Part shown: positions 18,215 to 28,279 of the stretch, piece by piece | How the letters are laid out: each line of letters opens with the position of its first letter | Position numbering within the stretch: position 1 is the stretch's first letter | From: Candidatus Latescibacterota bacterium | GTDB taxonomy: Bacteria; Latescibacterota; UBA2968; SICM01 | Direction: 5' to 3' | Assembly (NCBI GenBank): GCA_965217865.1 | Contig: CBDCJO010000002.1 | Location: 1,504,001-1,568,000, forward strand | Length of the DNA: 64,000 bases | Translations under genes and position numbers: made by a program | Notes under the pieces: generated by a model | What the model was told of the DNA's origin: nothing | What the model saw: the letters and a program-made list of their open reading frames with translations, nothing else | The model's database searches: none

Positions 18215-20082
18215 TCACAAAAAATGAAGCAACTCCCTGATGCTTGAGATGACCGCTTCCCCCAGGATCATCCCCAGGAAGAAAGGCCGGATGTAGCCGT
18301 AGAGCGACGGCCCTCCATATTTCAGCACGTTCAGCTTGACCAACCACCCCACGAAGATATTGATCCAAAACGCTGTATGGATCGTGCCCGCTGCGTAGCC
18401 GATCGGGTGGATGGGCCACCAGTAGAACCGCTTCCGCGCAAAGATCAGTACGGACATTGCGGCAGCGCCAACCCCGGACCAGAGGAGGCGGATGGGCTGC
18501 CCATCAGAAGAGTCGCTGATTGCGGAGCCGTAGTAGTTCAGATGGCGGTTCAGGAGCTCAGTCACGTATTGCTGCATCGAGAACCCATATGCTCCCAGAC
18601 TGTAAGCATGATGCAGCATCGTAACCGTCGTCGTCACCCCTCCCACCAGAAGTGTCAGAAGCAGCAAGTAGATAAGGAGCCGGGATCGCTGCCGTGTCCC
18701 GTGCGTCAATTTAAGGGTCGTTGACGCGCCGGCCATGACGTGCGTCCTCGCGGGAAAGGCCCAGGGTTGGGCCAGGAAAAAACCCGCCGTTGTGGATGGA
18801 CTAAGTATCCGGGTGCCGGCCGAGTGCAGGAATATCTGCATCGGACTCAAAGGGGCGGCCAACACGACCCCGGTCTCCGCCAGGGCGCGCGTGACACCCA
18901 CGAAGGTTACCAGCATCACGGCCACGAAGATCGGCAAGATCCACGAGGAGATCCCGGTCATCCAGAGCCAGCAGCAGATGAATACGACCCCACCGACGGA
19001 GCCGAAGACCGCCGTACGGTAGGAGAGCAGTTCGTCCCTGTCGTCCACCCCTGGAGCGTACCCGAAGGCCTTCCCGAACACATCTCTCAGGTGGTCCCGG
19101 GCCTCATACAACCCGACGCAGACCAGCACGGCCAGCGCGCCGATCACCTCCTGATGAAGATGGGTATATTGCCCGCCAGGGTAGTAAGGCGGACTTCCCA
19201 GGATGGCGCTGCCGGACACTATGATCAGGTAGATCTGGACGTAACTGATCAGGGTGAAAAGCAGAATGCTGGCCAGGATCTCGAGCGAGACCAGGTAGCT
19301 GATCCCCAGGACAAAGAAATTCGTGTAGATGGGCAGCCCGATCGAGTTGCGGTAAAATCGGGTATAAAAGCTGAGGTTGATTGCAGGGATAACGGGAAGC
19401 AGCCTTCTCAGGATGGCCGTGAAACCGACGAAGGCGGGTAGTGTGAAGCCGGACCAGAAAATCCCATTCCCAAGCAGGGGTCGCACCCCCGGCTCGCCGC
19501 CCGTCAGCGTCAGGGGAAGCTGCGCAAGGGGGAAAGAAAGTCGTTCATGGTCGATCCATGGCTTGCGCAGGATTACCATCAACGAGATCATGAGGAAGTA
19601 AAGCGCCCCCAGGAGGATGGCCCAGGCGGCCAGGGGCCAAACCCACGCCCCATACGGCACGCCCCCCCCCCGGCTATGCCTTCGAAGAAGCCTTTGGCCA
19701 CGGCGTGATCTTTGATGACCAGCCCATCGGGCAGAACAGGTAAAACCAGGCTGTCCCATTGATTTTCCCGGGTGGCGTAGTAGGAAAACCCGGCCATGTG
19801 GGGAATCAGGAAGAAAAGGGTGATAAGGACGGCCGAAGTCAGCGTCAGCATCGAGAAGATGATGAGCAACTCTCTCGGCTCCAGCCCTGAGCGAATGATC
19901 CCCACCCGTTTCAGGAGGCCGATACCCAGGATCAGGACAAAGAGGAGAAACAACGCTCCTGACCCGAATCCGTTTGATGTCAAACCCGAAAGGCCGCTTC
20001 CACCGACGGCCTGGGCCGAAGCCTCCAGAAAGGCCAGCAGGCCGCTCAGGGCGAGGCCGATGATGGCTGCCCGCCACGTCAA
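18215..20082 (-). CDS. DUF6785/DUF6784-type membrane protein (copy B), frameshifted at a G10 run
   Basis: N-part in ORF 19588..20082, C-part in ORF 18215..20077; switch at 10 C (19662-19671, + strand); 11 or 8 G would restore the frame. Confidence 0.78.
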
Positions 20083-20140
20083 GCCCTGTGCGATGGGGGA
20101 TTCCTCCGTTCTTTCAATGGGACCTTACCGACAGACCGCT

Positions 20141-22369
20141 CTACAGACCCGATTTGTAGCCCTCCTTGCCGATGTTCAATCCCTGTATGCGCTCCACACT
20201 TGCCTGGGCCGTCACCTCGCCCGGGGCGGGCGTCCGGTCCATCGGCGGCAGGGATCCCCCCACCGCGAGACGGCCCTTCTGTCTCGTCGGATGGATCTCC
20301 TCGAAGGTCTTGTCCCGCGGCCCGTCGTCCGCGGCCCGGGGGCTCTCGGAGTCGTTGAGACAATCCTCGTATCCGATAAGCACCTCGACCTTGCCCTCGG
20401 CCAGCGCGCGGATCTCTTTGTAGAACTCCCTGCTGTCATACCCCTCGCGCTCCTCACCCGAGAGGATATCGACGAGGCCGCGTTCGACCCAGTCGCGCAC
20501 ATCGAGGCCGTACCGCATGCAGATCGCCTCGCAGTAGTATGACTGAGCGATCAGCTTGATCTCGCTTCCCTGCACGGCCGACTCCTCGGCCAGCATCTCC
20601 TTCAACTCGACCATCAGCTCTGAGAGATAACCTGCGCGGAACTTCAGCCAGCGCGGATCATCGTCGGGCAGTTGACGGGGGTCCTCGCCAACCTCTTTCT
20701 CAAACGCCTCGCAGACGTGCGGCTCGTAGGCGAAGAAGATCGGCCCGCGCGAGAATCCCACGACGATTCCGTCGCATTGTCCGCCCTGCGACCGGCTGAT
20801 CTGTATGGCCTCCCGGAAGAGGCTCGTCATGTAGCGGCGCACCTCTGGGAAGGCGTAGCTCATCGTGTGCCACGGCGTGCCGTCCTTGTCGACTGCGAGG
20901 AATTCGGGATGGTCGCGGAAGAACGGCCCGCCGAAGATCTGAAATGGCTGGGCGTATCCCCAGGCACCCACGCGGAAGTATATCCAGAAGTCCATCTCCA
21001 TCCGCTTCACCTCGTCCGCCCAGACGGCCAGGCAGTTGACGCCGTTTCGAATCATCGCCGCGTTGGATTCGACCATGAGCCGATCCATGATGCGCAGTTC
21101 CACCTCATATCGGTCCATGACCTCGCCTAGGGCCGTCGGGTAGCGCGGTTTATCGCCGGCAGCGTTGATGTCGAGCACGATGGTATTGCAGGCCTCGTGG
21201 CGAAACCCATCGAGCACGGCGCGCACTTCGCCCTCGGTCCTCATCAAATGATGCCCCAGGTCATTGCCTGACACACGTCGAGGCGTCTTCTCGAGGACAG
21301 GCGCCTCGCTTTCTTCCGGCTCTTGGGCTGGAACGAGCCGGAACCATGCGATGCCGCACCGGACGTTGAAAGGCGCGAAATCGGGGCGGAACGAATGCAC
21401 GTGGGGGACCGTATCGAGTTCCATCCTCTGCCTCAGATGGATGTTCCGGCCGTCCAGTTTCGCGCGTTGCCACAGCCTTTCGCGAGTCATGCCGCGTTCG
21501 GCCCGCGGCCGTTCGGACTCACGAGCGGGCCTGGGCGAATGGAGCGCCAGGTGAGTGAAGCTCCTCTCATTGCTGAGCTTCAGATCGACGCCGGTGTAGA
21601 AGAAGCGGTCGTATGGCGAACCGGGATCGTAAAGCCCCACGTAGATGTCGTACCAGCCTTCGAGCGACGCGTCGCCCAGGGGCAGCACGATCTCGCCGCC
21701 GCGGCAGTTCTCGTCCACCTCGATGGCGACGCCCCGATCGACGCCGCAGTCGGGTGCCTCGTACTCGGCCAGTCGCCAGGTGTCCGAATGCGTGTTCACG
21801 CGCTCCGGGATCTCGATCGGGATCAGCTTGATCCCTGCGAGGGCACAGCGCAGCGTCAGGCCCTTCCACCACGTGAGCTGGGCCAGGTGCAGATCCTGAT
21901 CGGTCAGATCGGCGATCTTCCAGACGTGTTCGATGAAGATCTCGGCCTTTCCGTAGCCATCAATTTTTTTGAACTGCTCAGCGTGCCAGACGGACCAGTT
22001 CGGGTCGTCGGTCAGCATGGCGCGAATCCCCTCGCCGGGGGGGCGGTCGGAAGGTCCGAAGGGATCCCACATCGCATAGCGGATCTCGTACCAACCGTCG
22101 AGTCTCAGGTTCGCCAAGGGGATCTTTATGGGTTGGGCGTGGGTGTTCTCCGTGCCGTAAAGCGCGACGCCCTCAACTTCACCGGCCTGGTAATCCAGCA
22201 ACTGCCACACGCCGGGGTGCTGGGGCTGGGGGGAGACGAAGGCCGACGGTTCGCAGGTGCTGAAGTCGGTGATGGTGACGGTCTCCCTGGAAGCGTCCGC
22301 ACGGCCGGCCAGTGCGCACCCGCTCATATCCGAGATCAGCCGTTCGTTTCTACCGTTGTCGTCAGGCAA
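20141..22369 (-). CDS. ~745-aa GHL10-like TIM-barrel protein (paralog C)
   Basis: Paralog of A/B with a divergent C-terminal part; TTG start after RBS AAGGAG. Confidence 0.8.
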   Translation of the reverse strand: MPDDNGRNERLISDMSGCALAGRADASRETVTITDFSTCEPSAFVSPQPQHPGVWQLLDYQAGEVEGVALYGTENTHAQPIKIPLANLRLDGWYEIRYAMWDPFGPSDRPPGEGIRAMLTDDPNWSVWHAEQFKKIDGYGKAEIFIEHVWKIADLTDQDLHLAQLTWWKGLTLRCALAGIKLIPIEIPERVNTHSDTWRLAEYEAPDCGVDRGVAIEVDENCRGGEIVLPLGDASLEGWYDIYVGLYDPGSPYDRFFYTGVDLKLSNERSFTHLALHSPRPARESERPRAERGMTRERLWQRAKLDGRNIHLRQRMELDTVPHVHSFRPDFAPFNVRCGIAWFRLVPAQEPEESEAPVLEKTPRRVSGNDLGHHLMRTEGEVRAVLDGFRHEACNTIVLDINAAGDKPRYPTALGEVMDRYEVELRIMDRLMVESNAAMIRNGVNCLAVWADEVKRMEMDFWIYFRVGAWGYAQPFQIFGGPFFRDHPEFLAVDKDGTPWHTMSYAFPEVRRYMTSLFREAIQISRSQGGQCDGIVVGFSRGPIFFAYEPHVCEAFEKEVGEDPRQLPDDDPRWLKFRAGYLSELMVELKEMLAEESAVQGSEIKLIAQSYYCEAICMRYGLDVRDWVERGLVDILSGEEREGYDSREFYKEIRALAEGKVEVLIGYEDCLNDSESPRAADDGPRDKTFEEIHPTRQKGRLAVGGSLPPMDRTPAPGEVTAQASVERIQGLNIGKEGYKSGL

Positions 22370-22433
22370 AGCACTATCTCCTTTCAGGTCTTAATTCCAA
22401 CCCATTCCTGAACCGCGCTTTCCGGAATTCCTT

Positions 22434-24299
22434 TCAGAGGAAATGGAACAACTCATAGATGCTTGAGATGACCGCTTCCCCCAGGATCATCCCCAGGAAG
22501 AAAGGCCGTGTGTAACCGTATAGCGACGGCCCTCCGTATTTCAGCACGTTCCGCTTGACCAACCAGGCCACAAAGACATTGATCCAATACCATGTATGAA
22601 TCGTGCCGGCTGCGTAGCCGATCGGATGGATGGGCCACCAGTAGAACCGCTTCCGTGCAAGGATCAGCAGGGCCATTGCGGCAGCCCCAACGCCGGACCA
22701 GAGGAGGCGGATGGGCTGCCCCTCAGAAGGTTCGCTGATGACGGAGCCGTAGTAGTTCAGATGGTAGTTCAGGACCTTAATCACATAAACCTGTGTCGAG
22801 AACCCATATGCCCCCAGACTGTAGGCATAATGCAGCATCGTAGATGTCGTAGTCACCCCTCCCACCAGAAGTGTCAGAAGCAGCACGTAGATAAGGGGCC
22901 TGGATCGCTGCCGTCTCCCGTGCGTCAGTTTAAGGGACGTTGACGCACCTGCCATGACCTGTGACCTCGCGGGAAAGGCCCAAGGCTGGGCCAGGAAGAA
23001 ACCCGCTGTGGTGGATGCCCCAAGCGTCCGGGTGCCGGCCGAGTGCAGGAATATCTGCATCGGACTCAAAGGGGCGGCCAACACGACCCCGGTCTCCGCC
23101 AGGGCGCGCGTGACACCCACGAACGTCACCAGCATCACGGCCACGAAGATCGGTACGACCCACGAGGAGATCCCGGTCATCCAGAGCCAGCAGCAGATGA
23201 ATACGACCCCACCGACGGAGCCGAAGACCGCCGTACGGTAGGAGAGCAGCTCGTCGCTGTCGTCGACCCCTGGGGCGCAAGACCCGAAGGCCTTCCCGAA
23301 CACATCTCTCAGGTGGTCCCGGGCCTCATACAACCCGACGCAGACCAGCACGGCCAGCGCGCCGATCACCTCCTGATGAAGATGGGTATATTGCCCGCCA
23401 GGGTAGTAAGGCGGACTTCCCAGGATGGCGCTGCCGGACACTATGATCAGGTAGATCTGGATGTAACTGATCAGGGTGAAGAGCAGAATCCCCGCCAGGA
23501 TCTCGAGCGAGACCAGGTAGCTGATCCCGAGGACAAAAAAATTTGTGGAGAAGTGCAGCCCGATCGAGTTGCGGTAAAAACGGGTATAGAAGCTGAGGTT
23601 GATTGCAAGGATAACGGGAATTAGCCTGTTCAGGATGGCCGTGAAACCGACGAAAGCGGGTAGTGTGAAGCCGGACCAGAAAATCCCGTTCCCAAGCAGC
23701 GGTCGAACCCCCGGCTCGCCGCCCGTCAGCGTGAGGGGGAGCTGTGCGAAGGGGAAAGAAAGCCGTTCCTGATCGATCCATGGCTTGCGCAGGATTACCA
23801 TCAACGAGATCATGAGGAAGTAAAGCGCCCCCAGGAGGAGGGCCCAGGCGGCCAGGGGCCAAATCCAAGCCCCATAAGGCACGCCGGAGGCCCCGCCTTC
23901 GAAGAAGCCCTTGGCCACGGCGTGATCTTTGATGACCAGTCCATCGGGCAGAACAGGTAAAACCAGGCTTTCCCACTGATTTTCCCGGGTGGCATAGTAG
24001 GAAAACCCGGCCATGTGGGGAATCAGAAAGTAAAGGGTGACGAGGACGGCAGATGTCAGCGTCAGCATCGAGAAGATGATGAGCAACTCCCTTGGCTCCA
24101 ACCCTGAACGAATGATTCCGACCCGTTTCAGGAGGCCGATACCCAGGATCAGGACAAAAAGGAGAAACAGCACTCCTGCCCCGAATCCGTTTGACGTCGA
24201 ACCCGAAAGGCCGCTTCCACCGACGGCCTGGGCCGAGGCGTCCAAAAAGGCCAGCAGGCCGCTCAACGAAAGGCCGATGAGGGCCGCCCGCCACGTCAA
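22434..24299 (-). CDS. DUF6785/DUF6784-type membrane protein (copy C)
   Basis: Intact 621-aa paralog of 10761..12737; TTG is the first standard start after an upstream in-frame stop. Confidence 0.8.
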   Translation of the reverse strand: MTWRAALIGLSLSGLLAFLDASAQAVGGSGLSGSTSNGFGAGVLFLLFVLILGIGLLKRVGIIRSGLEPRELLIIFSMLTLTSAVLVTLYFLIPHMAGFSYYATRENQWESLVLPVLPDGLVIKDHAVAKGFFEGGASGVPYGAWIWPLAAWALLLGALYFLMISLMVILRKPWIDQERLSFPFAQLPLTLTGGEPGVRPLLGNGIFWSGFTLPAFVGFTAILNRLIPVILAINLSFYTRFYRNSIGLHFSTNFFVLGISYLVSLEILAGILLFTLISYIQIYLIIVSGSAILGSPPYYPGGQYTHLHQEVIGALAVLVCVGLYEARDHLRDVFGKAFGSCAPGVDDSDELLSYRTAVFGSVGGVVFICCWLWMTGISSWVVPIFVAVMLVTFVGVTRALAETGVVLAAPLSPMQIFLHSAGTRTLGASTTAGFFLAQPWAFPARSQVMAGASTSLKLTHGRRQRSRPLIYVLLLTLLVGGVTTTSTMLHYAYSLGAYGFSTQVYVIKVLNYHLNYYGSVISEPSEGQPIRLLWSGVGAAAMALLILARKRFYWWPIHPIGYAAGTIHTWYWINVFVAWLVKRNVLKYGGPSLYGYTRPFFLGMILGEAVISSIYELFHFL

Positions 24300-24393
24300 G
24301 CCATGTGCGATGGGGGATTCCTCCGTTCCGTCGATATATACTTACCGACTGAGATCGATAGAGCCCACCTTGCGACCCTTGTCTCTACCGCCG

Positions 24394-25179
24394 TCACTTC
24401 GCGGTGTAGCCTCCATCCACCGGAATATTGGCGCCGGTCACATACACCGACGCATCGGAGGCGAGGAAAACAATCACACCCTTCAGGTCTGTTTCGTTGG
24501 CCATGCGTCCCACAAACGTCCGCGCGTTGTAGCGTTCGATGAAGGTATTCACGAGGTACGGGCTGAAGCCTCCGGGACTGATCGTGTTCACACGGACCCC
24601 TTTTACCCCCAAGGCGCTGGCGGCAAAGCGGGAAAGCTGGATCATCCCGCCTTTGTGATAGAAGTAATCGGGCGGCGGGACGCCCATGTCCAGGCCCTCG
24701 TACAAAGTCAAGTCGGGCCCCACCATTCCCTGAATGGAGCCGATATTGATGATGCTGCCACCCCCTTGTTCCGCCATCTGGTCGCCGAAGATGTGTGTCA
24801 TGTGGAACACCCCAACGGCATTGACCTTCATGCTCTTCTCAAACTCGGTCGGGATCATGTCCCAGCCGCCGCCTTTGCCGAATCGCGCGACCGAGTTGTT
24901 CACCAGTACGTCCACTTGTCCGGCCGTGTCGATGACCTGTTTGGCCAGCGCTTCTATCGAGGCGCCTTCGCTTTGATCGTATTGAAGAGCGGTGACATCC
25001 AGACCGGCGTCACAGAATTCTCTTGCCTGAGCCTCCAGCGTCTGGAGATTGCGGCTGGCAATAATTGTTTTGGCGCCGGCCTCGGCCACCGCTTCGGTGA
25101 TTTGTTTGCCGTAGATTCCTGCCCCGCCGGTCACCACCGCGACCTTGCCGTCTAGACGAAAGCTGTCTATGACATTCAT
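24394..25179 (-). CDS. SDR family oxidoreductase
   Basis: VVTGGAGIYG, VLVNNS, GSIINIGSIQG, YFYHK (YxxxK), VRVNTISPGG, GANIPVDGG. Confidence 0.93.
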   Translation of the reverse strand: MNVIDSFRLDGKVAVVTGGAGIYGKQITEAVAEAGAKTIIASRNLQTLEAQAREFCDAGLDVTALQYDQSEGASIEALAKQVIDTAGQVDVLVNNSVARFGKGGGWDMIPTEFEKSMKVNAVGVFHMTHIFGDQMAEQGGGSIINIGSIQGMVGPDLTLYEGLDMGVPPPDYFYHKGGMIQLSRFAASALGVKGVRVNTISPGGFSPYLVNTFIERYNARTFVGRMANETDLKGVIVFLASDASVYVTGANIPVDGGYTAK

Positions 25180-25190
25180 GGGGAATCTTC

Positions 25191-25270
25191 ATGAAAATGT
25201 GGAAAATGGAAAGTGCAAAAGGAGACGATGGACCGTAGACGATGGACGGTGGTTAGAGTCGGAGGCCAGG
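25191..25270. repeat. degenerate 7-mer arrays (GAAAATG, GACGATG, GGTCAGA types)
   Basis: GAAAATG GAAAGTG CAAAAGG; GACGATG GACCGTA GACGATG GACGGTG; related array at 25658..25730. Confidence 0.7.
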
Positions 25271-25277
25271 GCCTTCT

Positions 25278-25650
25278 TTCAGCGCCAACGGCGCGTTGTC
25301 CCTTAACCCAGGGCAGCGCCCTGGGTTGCGAAATACATTAGCGTTGTGCGGCCTGAAGGGCCGCGATAATTTCACATCGCCATCCCCCAATCCCTGTCCC
25401 GCATCCTGATTCATCCACGGTATGTGTGGGATGGATCCGGATCGCGGACCTATGGCCCGCTCGATTCGTCTACATTCGAACCCAGCCCGTTGGACTGGGC
25501 CAAGGAATCGCGGGCCGTTGGCCCGCTCGGTTCGCCGACATTCGAACCCAGCCCGTTGGACTGGGCCAAGGAATCACGGGCCGTTGGCCCGCTGATTCGT
25601 CTCCTCACAGAACCTCGCTTTCCATCAAAAACCAGGAAGATCCCAAATTT
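25278..25650 (+). mobile_element. non-autonomous REP element with an internally deleted RAYT/IS200-like transposase remnant (copy 1)
   Basis: REP hairpins (GCGCCAACGGCGC, AACCCAGGGC-A-GCGCCCTGGGTT, GCGGCC-TGAAG-GGCCGC); 25382..25432 reads IPQSLSRILIH-P-RYVWD; two 66-bp tandem REP units; inverted copy at 53220..53380. Confidence 0.65.
25453..25593. repeat. 66-bp tandem repeat of REP hairpins (2 units)
   Basis: ACATTCGAACCCAGCCCGTTGGACTGGGCCAAGGAATC.CGGGCCGTTGGCCCGCT at 25472 and 25538; TGGCCCGCT at 25453, 25519 and 25585. Confidence 0.85.
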
Positions 25651-25957
25651 AACGGCGGACCACAGACCATGGACGATGGTCAGGGTCAGGGCCAGGGGCC
25701 ATGGAAAAGCAGTAGCAGGTGGCAGTGGCATTAAAAAGCAATCCGGTATAGGCATCGCGCCTTCCGGATCGAGGTGGTTTCGACTGAGCGCAGCGAAGGC
25801 CACGATAGGCTAAGTAAAGAGATCCTTCGCGCACAAAGTCCGGGGGCAGTTCTGAACTTGGTTAGTATCGCGCTCAGGATGACATTTTTACTCAGGAAAC
25901 GTCTCGCCCAAAAGCAATGGTTCAGTACCTGAGAATACAGTTTGACATCCACTAGAA

Positions 25958-28207
25958 CTAGAATCCGGAACCATATCCGGGCGTGAGTGCCATTCGCCCC
26001 ACCTGAATGACGGTTACCTGGGCGGTTTGCGTGCCGGGCGGACGCGTACCTGTGTTTGGAGGCGTTGGCTCATCGATGGTAAGCTCACCTTCTTCGGCGA
26101 TTGGATGATCCCTATCCAGCCCATCTCGATCGAGCGCGGAATCGGGCGCGGTCGCAGCGCCATCCAAACCATCAAACTGGGCTTTGAGCTCGTCCATTCC
26201 CCACTTCGCTCCATAGAGGATGATCTGGACATTCCCCTTGGATCTCATCTCCTTATAAAAATCGGGATCCAGTGTGTCCCAGCCGCCAATGTGCGGATCG
26301 GCAATCAGCACGTCGACAAGCCCTTTCTCGACCCACTCCCGCACATCCAGGGCATACCGGAGGTTCACCTGTTCATTCGAAAACGCGTAGGGTATCAGCT
26401 TGATCGGGGTTTTCTGTTTTTTTGACTCCTCGTCGAGCATTTTTCGAAGATCCTCCATCAGTTTGGTGACGTGCCGGGCGCGGAATTTCAGCCAGCGGCC
26501 GTCGTCATCGGGAAGCTCCAGCGGATCCTCTCCGTATTCCTTTTCGAAGGCCTCACACACGTGCGGCTCGTAACCGACAAATTCCGGACCCCTGAGAAAA
26601 CCCAGTGCAATCCCGTCAATCCTGCCGCCTCCGACCTGGCAGTGCCCGATGATTTCCCGGTAGAGGGCCACAACGTAGTCGCGGACTTCGGGATACGCGT
26701 AGCTCATCTTGGCCGTGGCATGAACGCCGTCCTTATTGATAATGCAGTACTCCGGATGATTGCGGAAGAACGGCCCCGAGTTCCCTTCCGAATCAGAGCC
26801 CCACGCCCCCATGCGGAGCATCACCCAGAAGTCCAGGCCCATCCGGTGCGCTTCATCGGTCGATACGGTCAGGACGTTCACGCCATTTTCGATGAGCGAC
26901 CTCCGGCCATGGATGCTGAACTCATCCCACTGCCGCTTCGTGACGCACGATTGAATACCCGGTTCTCCAACCTTTGTCGGGTATGTGGTCTTGTCGATTG
27001 ACAGCGTAGGGCCCAACACCAAGATGTTGCAGTCCTCAGCCCGTCTGACATAAGTCCGAACGATTTGTCTTACGTCGCCTTCGGTGGTCGCGTCGTACTC
27101 GACCAGTGCATCCGTGTCCCATCCGACAGTAATCATCGGCTTTTTCGCCTTCACGGGTTCTGAGACCGATGGGACGGCTTCAGCCGGAACGAACCTCAGC
27201 CACGCAACGCCACAGCGGACGTTGAAATGTATGTAGTCCGGCTTATAGATCCCCGGGCCGCACCAGGTGGCGAACCGGCTCTTTTGGCGGAGGCGGATGT
27301 CCTGGCCGTCCATCTTGACACGCTTCCAGATTCGCTCCCGAAAAAACCCACGTTTCACCGAAAAATACGGTTCGTTCCATCCCGGCGTCGGATGGAGCGG
27401 CAAATGTGTAAAGCCCGATTCGCTGGTTGTCCTGATATCGATCCCGGCGAAGTTGTATTTCTCATCGTGAGGGGAGACCGGATCGTAGAGCCCCACGTAA
27501 ACGTCATACCAGCCCGCCAACTTTTCCTCACCCAGAGGTAAAACGATCTCCTCTCCGAAGCAATCTTCATCGACTTCCAGCCCAACGCCTTCCTCAACGC
27601 CACGCTCGGGGGCCGCGTATTTCGACAGTTTCCACGTGCCATGGCTCGTGTTGACATGCTTCGGTGTCGGGATGGGAATCAGCTTCAACGATGCCAAAGT
27701 GCATGGCAAAGTCCGATGTCTCCACACCGGGATCTGGGCAAGGTGCAGGTCCTGGCCTGCCAGGTCCGCGATCTTCCAGACTCGTTCATTGACCTTTAAG
27801 CTCTTGGTTTCGGCGTGCGCCTCCCAGGTTGACCAATCCGGGTCTTTGCTTAGCCTTGCGTGTATCCCCTCCCCTGGAGGCCGATAGTGAGGGGGATTGT
27901 GATCCCACATGCCGTAGCGGACCTCATACCAGCCCTTGAGCTTCAATGCGCTCAGCCTGTAAACGACCGGTGTCGCTAGCGTGGTCTCTGTACCGAACAG
28001 CGCAAAACCTTCGACATCTCCTGCCTTGTATGGCTTCAGCTGCCATATGCCGGGGGTCTCCGGATGCCTGGACACGAAGGTCTGCGGCTCGCACGCGCTG
28101 AAGTCGGTGATGGTGATCGTTTCCCTCGATGTGTTCGTACGGCTTGCAGGGGCACATCGGCTCAAGTCCGAGATCAGCCGTTCGTCTCGACCATTGTTGT
28201 CTGGCAC
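25958..28207 (-). CDS. ~745-aa GHL10-like TIM-barrel protein (paralog D)
   Basis: Same architecture; body closest to 33485..35719, N-terminus like A/B/C; GTG start after AAGGAG. Confidence 0.8.
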   Translation of the reverse strand: MPDNNGRDERLISDLSRCAPASRTNTSRETITITDFSACEPQTFVSRHPETPGIWQLKPYKAGDVEGFALFGTETTLATPVVYRLSALKLKGWYEVRYGMWDHNPPHYRPPGEGIHARLSKDPDWSTWEAHAETKSLKVNERVWKIADLAGQDLHLAQIPVWRHRTLPCTLASLKLIPIPTPKHVNTSHGTWKLSKYAAPERGVEEGVGLEVDEDCFGEEIVLPLGEEKLAGWYDVYVGLYDPVSPHDEKYNFAGIDIRTTSESGFTHLPLHPTPGWNEPYFSVKRGFFRERIWKRVKMDGQDIRLRQKSRFATWCGPGIYKPDYIHFNVRCGVAWLRFVPAEAVPSVSEPVKAKKPMITVGWDTDALVEYDATTEGDVRQIVRTYVRRAEDCNILVLGPTLSIDKTTYPTKVGEPGIQSCVTKRQWDEFSIHGRRSLIENGVNVLTVSTDEAHRMGLDFWVMLRMGAWGSDSEGNSGPFFRNHPEYCIINKDGVHATAKMSYAYPEVRDYVVALYREIIGHCQVGGGRIDGIALGFLRGPEFVGYEPHVCEAFEKEYGEDPLELPDDDGRWLKFRARHVTKLMEDLRKMLDEESKKQKTPIKLIPYAFSNEQVNLRYALDVREWVEKGLVDVLIADPHIGGWDTLDPDFYKEMRSKGNVQIILYGAKWGMDELKAQFDGLDGAATAPDSALDRDGLDRDHPIAEEGELTIDEPTPPNTGTRPPGTQTAQVTVIQVGRMALTPGYGSGF

Positions 28208-28279
28208 AGCAAACTCCTTTCAGTCCCAACCTTCCTTAGATGTGTCCGGGCACTCAATCGCTCGTCAACGGCTCGCGCT

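Noticed and set aside
19588-20082. Separate 164-aa gene, or programmed ribosomal frameshift
   Set aside because: It is the N-terminal part of transporter B; intact paralogs and four other same-direction shifts favour an indel or sequencing error.
8471-24299. Diversity-generating retroelement as the source of paralog variation
   Set aside because: No reverse transcriptase and no template/variable repeat pair with adenine-specific mismatches; differences include indels and all bases.
25453-25593. Possible CRISPR array
   Set aside because: Only two 66-bp units with no unique spacers; they are REP hairpins, and no cas genes are in the window.
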